Part shown: positions 7,947-16,268 of the stretch, piece after piece
Numbering within the stretch: the first letter of the stretch is position 1
Layout of the letters: every line of letters begins with the position of its first letter
NCBI GenBank assembly: GCA_022729915.1
Contig: DZBP01000001.1
Coordinates: 1,831-65,830, forward strand
Reading direction: 5' to 3'
Length of the DNA: 64,000 bases
DNA from: Draconibacterium orientale
Lineage (GTDB): Bacteria; Bacteroidota; Bacteroidia; Bacteroidales; JAIFNL01
Program-made: the position numbers and the translations under genes
Notes under the pieces: generated by a model
What the model was told of the DNA's origin: nothing
Databases searched by the model: none
What the model saw: only the letters and a program-made list of their open reading frames with translations

Positions 7947-8528
7947 ATGAAAGTTCTTATTTTTGATAATTACGATTCTTTTACATACAATTTAGTTCAT
8001 TATGTGGAAAAAATTCTAAATCAGAAAGTTGATGTGTTTAGAAACGATGAAATAACACTTGATGAGATTGAAAAATATGATAAAATAATATTATCGCCTG
8101 GTCCCGGAATTCCAGACGAAGCTGGATTATTAAAACCATTGATAAAGCGTTATGCTTCAAGCAAAAGCATTTTTGGTGTTTGTTTGGGAATGCAAGCTAT
8201 GGCAGAAGTTTTTGGTGGTAAATTGCTAAATATCAATCAAGTATATCACGGAGTTGCAACTCCTATTTTACAAAAAACTAAAGATAATGTTTTATTTAGA
8301 GGCTTACCAGATCGTTTTGAAGCTGGTAGATATCATTCTTGGATTGTTGATAATGAGCATCTTCCATCATGTTTTGAAGTGTCAAGCGTTGATGAAAACG
8401 GACTATTAATGTCAATTTTTCATAAAGAATACGATGTGCGTGCAGTACAATTTCACCCAGAATCGATTTTGACTCCTTTGGGCGAAAAAATTATTGAAAA
8501 TTGGCTGAAGAGTCATAAAAACAGTTAA
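7947..8528 (+). CDS. trpG: anthranilate synthase component II (glutamine amidotransferase; may double as PabA)
   Basis: 193 aa class-I GATase. NYDSFTYNL, catalytic GVCLGMQ, and HPES at the C-terminus. Confidence 0.92.
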   Translation: MKVLIFDNYDSFTYNLVHYVEKILNQKVDVFRNDEITLDEIEKYDKIILSPGPGIPDEAGLLKPLIKRYASSKSIFGVCLGMQAMAEVFGGKLLNINQVYHGVATPILQKTKDNVLFRGLPDRFEAGRYHSWIVDNEHLPSCFEVSSVDENGLLMSIFHKEYDVRAVQFHPESILTPLGEKIIENWLKSHKNS

Positions 8529-8564
8529 AATTGAGATAATAAATCATTTTGTTTTATAGAAATT

Positions 8565-9566
8565 ATGAAAAATATATTAAATAGACTTTTTGAACAAAAA
8601 TCGCTCGCATACGACGAAGCGAAAGAAATTTTGACTAATATTGGATTAAATAAATATAATTCGAGTGAAGTAGCCGCATTTATGACTGTTTATTTAATGC
8701 GAAATATTACTATTGATGAGCTTGCTGGCTTTAGAGATGCACTTTTAGATTTATGCATTAAAATAGATTTGTCGGATTTTGAAACAATTGATTTGTGTGG
8801 CACCGGAGGTGATGGCAAAGATACTTTTAATATATCTACTTTGTCGTCTTTTGTGGTGGCTGGCGCTGGGTATAAAGTTGCCAAGCACGGAAATTATGGT
8901 GTTTCGTCGGGTTGTGGTTCGTCAAACGTGTTGGAATATTTTGGCTATAAATTTACCAACAACGAAGAAATTATTCGCAAAAGTATTGATAATGCAGGCA
9001 TTTGCTTTCTTCATGCGCCTTTGTTTCATCCAGCTTTAAAAAATGTTGGACCAATTAGACGCGAACTTCGAGTTAAGACATTTTTTAATATTTTAGGACC
9101 TATGGTGAATCCAAGTTTCCCTAAAAATCAGATGGTTGGAGTGTTTAATTTAGAAGTTGCAAGGCTTTATGCTTATTTGTATCAGCAGTCAAAAAAGAAT
9201 TTCACTATCGTTCATAGTATTGATGGTTATGATGAAATTTCGCTTACAAGTAATTTTAAATTAATTGGAAACCAGACAGATGAAATATTAGGTCCTGAAT
9301 TTTTTGGATTTAATAAAATTGCTCAATCTGATATTGTTGGCGGTTATACTGTTGAAAGTTCAGCTAAAATATTCGAGTCAGTTTTAAATGGTGAAGCTAC
9401 TGAAAATCAAATGAATGTAGTGATTGCGAATTCCGCAATAGCAATTAAAACAATTGATAACCAAATTTCGATTGAAAAAAGTATGGAGTTAGCTCGAAAA
9501 TCAATTTTTGATAAACAAGCTCTTCACTCTTTTCAAAAATTAATTGAAATTTCTAAAACAAACTAG
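8565..9566 (+). CDS. trpD: anthranilate phosphoribosyltransferase
   Basis: 333 aa. CGTGGDG motif, KHGN, and glycosyltransferase family 3 layout. Position in the operon supports the call. Confidence 0.92.
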   Translation: MKNILNRLFEQKSLAYDEAKEILTNIGLNKYNSSEVAAFMTVYLMRNITIDELAGFRDALLDLCIKIDLSDFETIDLCGTGGDGKDTFNISTLSSFVVAGAGYKVAKHGNYGVSSGCGSSNVLEYFGYKFTNNEEIIRKSIDNAGICFLHAPLFHPALKNVGPIRRELRVKTFFNILGPMVNPSFPKNQMVGVFNLEVARLYAYLYQQSKKNFTIVHSIDGYDEISLTSNFKLIGNQTDEILGPEFFGFNKIAQSDIVGGYTVESSAKIFESVLNGEATENQMNVVIANSAIAIKTIDNQISIEKSMELARKSIFDKQALHSFQKLIEISKTN

Positions 9567-9589
9567 TTACTTATTAAGAAAAATTTAAA

Positions 9590-10375
9590 ATGAACATACT
9601 TGAACAAATAATTTCAGATAAACGTAAAGAAATAATAGAATTTAAAGCTCAAAAACCAATAAATGAGTTTGAAAATTCTATTTTATTTTCAAAAAATAGA
9701 TTTTCACTAAAAGAATTTATAAAAAACAGCAATTTATCAGGAATTATTGCTGAGTTTAAGCGTAAATCTCCTTCGAAAGGTGTTATAAACCAAGTTTCTG
9801 ATGTAATAGAAGTTACTCAAGCTTACGTAGCAGCTGGTGCTTCTGCACTTTCGATTTTAACAAACGAACATTATTTTGGCGGTAAAATTGAAGATATTTT
9901 ATTAGCTCGGAGTATGAATGCAGTTCCAATTTTGCGGAAAGAATTTATTGTTGATGAATTTCAAATTATTGAATCTAAAGCAATTGGAGCAGATGCAATT
10001 TTATTAATAGCAGCATCTTTAAGTTCTAAAGAAATTTTTAATTTTGCAAAATTGGCAAAAAGTATAGATTTAGAAGTTTTGCTTGAAATTCATGAAGAGT
10101 CAGAATTGAACTTATTGAACGAATATGTTGATATTGTGGGAGTTAATAATAGAAACTTGAAAACATTCCAAACTGATTTGCTCATTTCTAAACAGTTAGC
10201 TCCGAAGATTCCACCTGATTTTGTTAAAATTTCAGAAAGTGGATTGCATTTACCAGAGCATTTATTAGAGCTACAACAATTTGAATATCAGGGTTTTTTG
10301 ATTGGAGAACGATTTATGTCAAATTCTAACCCTGGAAAAGCTTTTTCAGATTTTGTAAAAATGTTAAAAGTATAA
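9590..10375 (+). CDS. trpC: indole-3-glycerol-phosphate synthase
   Basis: 261 aa. IAEFKRKSPSKG and LRKEFI motifs; TIM-barrel IGPS. Confidence 0.92.
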   Translation: MNILEQIISDKRKEIIEFKAQKPINEFENSILFSKNRFSLKEFIKNSNLSGIIAEFKRKSPSKGVINQVSDVIEVTQAYVAAGASALSILTNEHYFGGKIEDILLARSMNAVPILRKEFIVDEFQIIESKAIGADAILLIAASLSSKEIFNFAKLAKSIDLEVLLEIHEESELNLLNEYVDIVGVNNRNLKTFQTDLLISKQLAPKIPPDFVKISESGLHLPEHLLELQQFEYQGFLIGERFMSNSNPGKAFSDFVKMLKV

Positions 10376-10396
10376 ATTTTTATTAAAAAAAATGCT

Positions 10397-11023
10397 ATGC
10401 TAAAAATAAAAGTTTGTGGTATGAAATATCCGGACAATATTCTACAACTTGCTGAATTACAAATAGATTACATGGGATTTATCTTTTATGAAAAATCAAA
10501 ACGTTTTGTTGGTGATTCAATAGAATCATTTTTAGGGAATAATTTCCCAAAGCATATTAAAAAAGTAGGTGTTTTTGTGAATTGTTCCGTAGAAACAATT
10601 TTGAGTTTTAATGTAAAATATTCTTTCGATTATATTCAGCTACATGGGAATGAAAGCCCAGAATTTTGCCAAAAAATTGTAAATAATGGGTTAAAAGTTA
10701 TAAAAGCGTTTCAGGTTTCCGAAGAATTTGATTTTTCTGAATGTGAAAAGTACCAAAATGTCTCTGATTTTTTTCTTTTTGATACTAAGACCGTTGAATA
10801 TGGTGGAAGTGGTACAACTTTTAACTGGAAATTACTTGAAAATTATACTTTAGACAAAAGATTTCTATTGAGTGGTGGAATTAGTCTTGAAAATGTAGAA
10901 CAACTTAAGCTTTTTTCTCATTCTAAGCTTCATGCACTCGATTTGAATAGTAAATTTGAACTTTCAGCTGGTTTGAAGGACATTTCAAAATTAAAAATAT
11001 TTTTGAATCAACTGAAATTATAA
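10397..11023 (+). CDS. trpF: phosphoribosylanthranilate isomerase
   Basis: 208 aa. N-terminal KVCGM, QLHG, and GGSG..F.W. Operon context supports the call. Confidence 0.9.
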   Translation: MLKIKVCGMKYPDNILQLAELQIDYMGFIFYEKSKRFVGDSIESFLGNNFPKHIKKVGVFVNCSVETILSFNVKYSFDYIQLHGNESPEFCQKIVNNGLKVIKAFQVSEEFDFSECEKYQNVSDFFLFDTKTVEYGGSGTTFNWKLLENYTLDKRFLLSGGISLENVEQLKLFSHSKLHALDLNSKFELSAGLKDISKLKIFLNQLKL

Positions 11024-11104
11024 TTTTTTTCAATTTTTAATTGAAAATTTGAAAAAAGGAAATTTTTTAATTTGTTCTTATTTAGGGTTTTAAAACAAAT
11101 ATAT

Positions 11105-12289
11105 ATGAAAAAAAATAAATTTTTAGTTAATAAAAATGGTTTCTACGGTGAATTTGGTGGTGCATATATTCCCGAAATGCTTTATCCAAATACAGAGGAA
11201 TTACGTAAAAATTATTTGAAAATTATTGCTTCAAAGAAATTTAAAAAGCAATTTAAAATGTTGTTAAAGAGTTATGTAGGCAGACCAAGTCCTTTGTATT
11301 TTGCAAAAAGACTTTCCGAAAAATATAAAACTAACATTTATTTGAAACGAGAGGATTTGAATCATACCGGCTCCCATAAAATAAATAATACGATTGGTCA
11401 AATTTTATTAGCGCAAAAGCTTGGTAAAAAGCGAATTATAGCAGAAACTGGAGCAGGTCAGCATGGTGTAGCAACTGCAACTGTTTGTGCTTTAATGGGT
11501 TTAGAATGTAAAGTTTATATGGGAAGTATTGACATTCAACGACAAGCACCTAACGTAGCACGTATGAAAATGCTCGGTGCGGAAGTTATTCCAGCTACAA
11601 GTGGAAGTAAAACCTTGAAAGATGCTACTAATGAGGCTATTAGAGATTGGATTAATAATCCTGAAGATACTCATTATATTATTGGTTCAGTGGTAGGTCC
11701 GCACCCTTATCCAGATATGGTAGCTCGTTTTCAGTCAATTATAAGTGCAGAAATAAAAAAACAGCTAAAATCTGAAGTTGGTAAAAAAAATCCAACACAT
11801 GTTATAGCGTGTGTTGGTGGTGGAAGCAATGCTATTGGAGCTTTTTATCATTTTTTGGATAATCCTAACGTTCAACTTATTGCTACTGAAGCTGCTGGCT
11901 TAGGCATCGAAAGCGGAAAAACAGCTGCTTCGATTGCAAAAGGTAAGCCCGGAGTTATACATGGAAGCAATACATATTTAATGCAAACAGTTGATGGACA
12001 GATAGTTGAGCCTTATTCAATTTCTGCTGGATTGGATTACCCAGGTGTAGGTCCTATTCATTCTCATTTATATAAGGAAAAAAGAGCTACTTATTTGAGT
12101 ATTAACGATAAAGAAGCTGTTGAAGCCGGTTTTTTGCTTACAAGACTTGAAGGTATTATCCCAGCTCTTGAGTCAGCACATGCCGTAGCAGCGCTCGAAA
12201 AAATGAACTTTAAGCCAGACGATATTGTAGTAATAAATATCTCAGGTAGAGGCGATAAAGATTTAGATACTTATATGAAATATTGTTAA
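11105..12289 (+). CDS. trpB: tryptophan synthase beta chain
   Basis: GEFGGAYIPE and the PLP lysine motif HTGSHKINN. The ORF track starts at TTG 11072. ATG 11105 (MKKNKF...) fits the usual N-terminus better. Confidence 0.93.
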   Translation: MKKNKFLVNKNGFYGEFGGAYIPEMLYPNTEELRKNYLKIIASKKFKKQFKMLLKSYVGRPSPLYFAKRLSEKYKTNIYLKREDLNHTGSHKINNTIGQILLAQKLGKKRIIAETGAGQHGVATATVCALMGLECKVYMGSIDIQRQAPNVARMKMLGAEVIPATSGSKTLKDATNEAIRDWINNPEDTHYIIGSVVGPHPYPDMVARFQSIISAEIKKQLKSEVGKKNPTHVIACVGGGSNAIGAFYHFLDNPNVQLIATEAAGLGIESGKTAASIAKGKPGVIHGSNTYLMQTVDGQIVEPYSISAGLDYPGVGPIHSHLYKEKRATYLSINDKEAVEAGFLLTRLEGIIPALESAHAVAALEKMNFKPDDIVVINISGRGDKDLDTYMKYC

Positions 12290-12301
12290 ATTTGAAAAAT
12301 A

Positions 12302-13084
12302 ATGAAAAAAATGAATAGAATACATCACTTATTTGAAAGCAAAAGCGAAAATATTTTATCTGTTTATTTTACAGCAGGTTATCCAAATTTAAACGATACT
12401 GAAAACATTATTGTAGAGTTAGAAAATTCGGGCGTAGATTTGATAGAAATAGGCATTCCATTTTCCGACCCAGTTGCTGATGGTCCTGTTATTCAGTCAA
12501 GTAGCCAAACTGCTTTAGAAAATGGTATGACTTTGAATTTGATTTTAACTCAGTTAAAAGATATTCGTACGAAAGTAAAATTACCTCTTATTTTAATGGG
12601 ATATGTAAATCCAATTCTGCAATATGGAGTTGAAAAATTTTGCACTGAAGCATCTCAAATCGGCATCGATGCAGTAATAATTCCAGATTTGCCTTTTGAT
12701 TTGTATGAAAAAAAGTATAAAAAGTTATTTGAAAGCAATAATTTGCTAAATATAAATTTAATTACACCTAGAACTTCACCAAAGAGGTTGAAAAAGATTG
12801 ATAAAGCGAGCAAAGGTTTTATGTACATGGTTTCTTCTTCATCTACAACTGGCACTAAGCAAGTTGAAAACTTAGTTTTAAGTGATTTCGCATCGAAAAT
12901 TGCGATTCTCAAATTAAAAACTCCTCGTTTAATAGGATTTGGCATTTCCAATAAAACAACTTTTGAAAATGCCTGTAAATTTAGTAGCGGTGCAATAATT
13001 GGAACGGCTTTTATCAACGCAATTTCATCAAGTCAAGATTTATCTAAAAGTATTTATAATTTTATAAAATCAATTCGCGAATAA
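12302..13084 (+). CDS. trpA: tryptophan synthase alpha chain
   Basis: 260 aa. EIGIPFSDPVADGPVIQ motif. The start could also be ATG 12311. Confidence 0.92.
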   Translation: MKKMNRIHHLFESKSENILSVYFTAGYPNLNDTENIIVELENSGVDLIEIGIPFSDPVADGPVIQSSSQTALENGMTLNLILTQLKDIRTKVKLPLILMGYVNPILQYGVEKFCTEASQIGIDAVIIPDLPFDLYEKKYKKLFESNNLLNINLITPRTSPKRLKKIDKASKGFMYMVSSSSTTGTKQVENLVLSDFASKIAILKLKTPRLIGFGISNKTTFENACKFSSGAIIGTAFINAISSSQDLSKSIYNFIKSIRE

Positions 13085-13095
13085 TAAAATATAGT

Positions 13096-13425
13096 ATGAA
13101 GTTAGTATTAAAAGAAAATCCAACAATAGCTGATTATCAAGCACATGTTAAAGCGTTTTGTGAACAAAATGGTTGGAATAAAACCTCAGCAACAGAACTT
13201 TTTTTGCTGTTTGTAGAGGAAGTAGGTGAATTAGCGAAAGCCATTAGAAAGGAACAAAATTTATTTACAGAAGAAGCAAAAAGGGCGAAAAAATTTGATT
13301 TGGAAGAAGAATTTGCAGATGTGTTTAGTTATTTACTCGATTTATGTAATCTATTTAATGTAGATTTGGAAAACGCATACAGAAAAAAACATGAAATAAA
13401 CGAACAACGAAAGTGGAATAACTAA
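13096..13425 (+). CDS. MazG-like nucleotide pyrophosphohydrolase domain protein
   Basis: 109 aa. EEVGELAKAIRK ... EEFADVFSYLLDL is the EExxE...ExxD all-alpha NTP-PPase pattern. It lies 11 nt after trpA. Confidence 0.65.
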   Translation: MKLVLKENPTIADYQAHVKAFCEQNGWNKTSATELFLLFVEEVGELAKAIRKEQNLFTEEAKRAKKFDLEEEFADVFSYLLDLCNLFNVDLENAYRKKHEINEQRKWNN

Positions 13426-13426
13426 G

Positions 13427-14176
13427 TTAGTGTGATTTGAAAATTTCCCAAGCTTTTTCGGCTTGTAAGATTAACATTTCATAGCCATTTTTTGTTTTTG
13501 CTCCGTAATTTTTACCATGCTCAAGAAAGCGGGTTTGCTCCGGATTGTACACTAAATCGTATAGTATATGCGATTTAGTCAGTCCGGAATAAGGCAAATC
13601 AGCACATTCTTTTACATTTGGAAATGTTCCGAGTGGAGTTGTATTTATGATAAGTAAATATTCATTAAGGTCGTGTTTTTTTATATCTTTATAAGTTATA
13701 TTATTTTCATTCGTAGCATTTCTTGATACTATTTTATAGTTAATTTGTAATTTTTTTAAAACGAACGCTACAGCTTTAGACGCTCCACCAGTTCCTAGAA
13801 TAAGAGCATTTTTATGATGTGGTTCAAGTAGAGGCACTAATGAATTTTCAAAACCATAAACATCTGTATTGTAGCCTTTTATTATTAAGTTGGAACTAGT
13901 TCTATCAATCTTTAGAGTGTTTACAGCACCAATTTCTTGAGCTTCTTTGTCAATTTCGGTTAAATAATTTATAACCTTTTCTTTGTATGGGATTGTTATG
14001 TTTAGACCTTTTAGGTTTATGTTATTATTAATTAAACCTGGAAGTTGTTCTATTTCAGGTATTTCAAAGTTTGAATATTTCCAATTCTCAATTTTTTCCT
14101 TTTGAAATTTAGAACTGAAATATTTCTGTGAAAATGAATGAGATAATGGAAATCCTATTAGACCTAACTGGTTCAT
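13427..14176 (-). CDS. aroE: shikimate 5-dehydrogenase
   Basis: 249 aa. N-terminal GLIGFPLSHSFS, NITIPYK, and GTGGASKAV NADP-binding motifs. Confidence 0.9.
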   Translation of the reverse strand: MNQLGLIGFPLSHSFSQKYFSSKFQKEKIENWKYSNFEIPEIEQLPGLINNNINLKGLNITIPYKEKVINYLTEIDKEAQEIGAVNTLKIDRTSSNLIIKGYNTDVYGFENSLVPLLEPHHKNALILGTGGASKAVAFVLKKLQINYKIVSRNATNENNITYKDIKKHDLNEYLLIINTTPLGTFPNVKECADLPYSGLTKSHILYDLVYNPEQTRFLEHGKNYGAKTKNGYEMLILQAEKAWEIFKSH

Positions 14177-14196
14177 ATACTATAAATGTAAAAAAC

Positions 14197-15636
14197 TTAA
14201 GCTATTATTTTATGCCTTGAATCGAGTCTTTCATTAATAGCCTTTGTTATTTGCTTGAAAACTTTGTTTTTAGCAGCAATTGGATAATATTCAAAAAATA
14301 GTTTTTGGAAATTGAAATTTAAATTAGCTGCAATTTGAAAGTGATAAATTGCTGATTTATTGTTTTTTGAATCTAAATAAAATAGCGATAAAGCATAGTG
14401 CAAAAATGAATCCTTTTTATTATGCCTTATAGCCTCTTGAAGTATCTGAATGCCAGAGTCTATAAAGTTTTTTGTATAGCAATACTCGCTATAAGCAATC
14501 CAAGCATCTACATAGTTAGGATCAAGTTCAAGTGCCTTTTTGAAATATCTGCTTGTAGTTTGAAAAGTACCTATTTCACTGCTTATTTGTGCAGCTAAGA
14601 ACCAAAATTCGGCTTCGTAACTATCTAATTCTATGGCTTTTTCTACAAATTTAAGGGCAGTTGCATGTTTTTTAAGTTTATATAGAATATTTGCAATACT
14701 ATACCATGAATCTGCAAAATCTGAATCAATTTCGATGCTTTTTTTATAATATTTTATTGCTTCTATATATTCTTCTAAATTTTGATAACAGTCAGCAATT
14801 AAAAAATAGACACTATTATTTGTAATATCTTTTTCTAAAAGCTCCTTGTAAGTATTAATTGCCTTTTGAAATTCATTGTTGCTAAAAAGAATTTCAGCTT
14901 TAGCAAGATAAGGGTTTTGAAATTGCTTATTAATTGAAATAGAATAGTCAAAAGCTTCAATTGCTTGTTTTTTATTGCCCAAAGTAGCATAAACGTTACC
15001 TAAGTTGTTCCATGCTTGCTCAGAAAGAGGGTATCTTTTTAAGTAAAAATTATAGGAATCTATACTTTCTTCGTAGTTTTCAGTTAAAAAATTAATGTAT
15101 GCATAATCAAAAACCGCAGCATAATTAGTAGGCTTACTTTCAACAGCTTTTCTTAAATATTTGAGAGCTAAGCTATATTTTTCGTAATTCATATAAATAT
15201 ACCCAATATCATGATATGCTTCATCAAGGGAACTATTATAATTTTCTATAGCCTTATTGAATTCTTTTTCTGCATTTTCACTTTTTTCTAACTCTAAATA
15301 GCAATTCGCTTTAAGAATATAAATTTCGAATTCTGAAGGCTCAATTTTTTCAAGGTCGTTTGCTAACATTAAAGCTTTCTCAATATGTCCATTATCAAGT
15401 AAAAGTTGAGCATTTTTTAATTTCAAAACTGGTGAATGAGGATGTTGTGTACAGCCATATTTGGCTGCAATAGTAGCATTAATTATGTTACTGCTCTCAA
15501 TATAAAATTCTATTAAATTTTCAAACTCACTTATATCAAAATAATACTGAGTTCTGTTTTTAATCATATTTTCAAATCGATTTACCAGTTCTGGTATTAT
15601 TTCGTTTCTAAAATATTTTTCGTTTGCTTTTGCCAT
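14197..15636 (-). CDS. tetratricopeptide-repeat protein
   Basis: Repeated 34-aa TPR-like units with recurrent A..YF.KAlelDP-type patterns throughout. The ORF track starts at TTG 15735. I prefer ATG 15636 (MAKANEKYF...), but the start is uncertain. Confidence 0.6.
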   Translation of the reverse strand: MAKANEKYFRNEIIPELVNRFENMIKNRTQYYFDISEFENLIEFYIESSNIINATIAAKYGCTQHPHSPVLKLKNAQLLLDNGHIEKALMLANDLEKIEPSEFEIYILKANCYLELEKSENAEKEFNKAIENYNSSLDEAYHDIGYIYMNYEKYSLALKYLRKAVESKPTNYAAVFDYAYINFLTENYEESIDSYNFYLKRYPLSEQAWNNLGNVYATLGNKKQAIEAFDYSISINKQFQNPYLAKAEILFSNNEFQKAINTYKELLEKDITNNSVYFLIADCYQNLEEYIEAIKYYKKSIEIDSDFADSWYSIANILYKLKKHATALKFVEKAIELDSYEAEFWFLAAQISSEIGTFQTTSRYFKKALELDPNYVDAWIAYSEYCYTKNFIDSGIQILQEAIRHNKKDSFLHYALSLFYLDSKNNKSAIYHFQIAANLNFNFQKLFFEYYPIAAKNKVFKQITKAINERLDSRHKIIA

Positions 15637-16268
15637 TTGCTTTATACTGAAAATGCTTACAGAATCAAAAAAATTGTAAAATTGTTCAAAATTTTTACTT
15701 TTTGTATGTATAAAAAGTGAATTTATTCGCTGCAAATCTAATCATTTTTTTTTGAAAAACAACAATAAAATATGATTTTCTAAATTTTTTCGGTATTTTT
15801 GAATGATTTTCTTTATTTTCAATGTTTCATTGAGTGCAATATTTTCATTTTTACGAAATATATGCAAATTCTTGTAAATAAATTGTATTTAACGTATTAT
15901 CCTTTTTATTAATTTATTAAGCATATTACAGAGTATTAAATGGCACCTTGTTTTTTTTCATTCGTGATATTTTATTAAAAAAAAATCATTTTTTTACAAT
16001 TATTTTTTTTACTTGAAAATATGATAATTATTCTTTTTTATTGTATATTTGAAAATATTTTTTTTGCTAACCCACATAAATATATTTGTTTATTACTTTT
16101 TTATTTAATTGAAATATAGCTATTTATATTAAATTTTTGATTTAAACAGTAATTCAAAATCAATAAATTTAGAGTATTAAATTAACAAATAGCGCTATTA
16201 AAATATAAATTACAAATTGTACAAGTTAGCTTATTTTTATTTTGTCAATATATTTATAAAAGTATATT

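Noticed and set aside
12655-13017. Long antisense ORFs inside well-supported genes: 12655-13017, 29969-30334, 63568-63966, 46817-47164, 34013-34330, 31519-31830, 39574-39873 and others in the track.
   Set aside because: Each lies wholly within, and opposite to, a gene with strong family motifs. None shows a recognisable domain, so I treat them as shadow ORFs.
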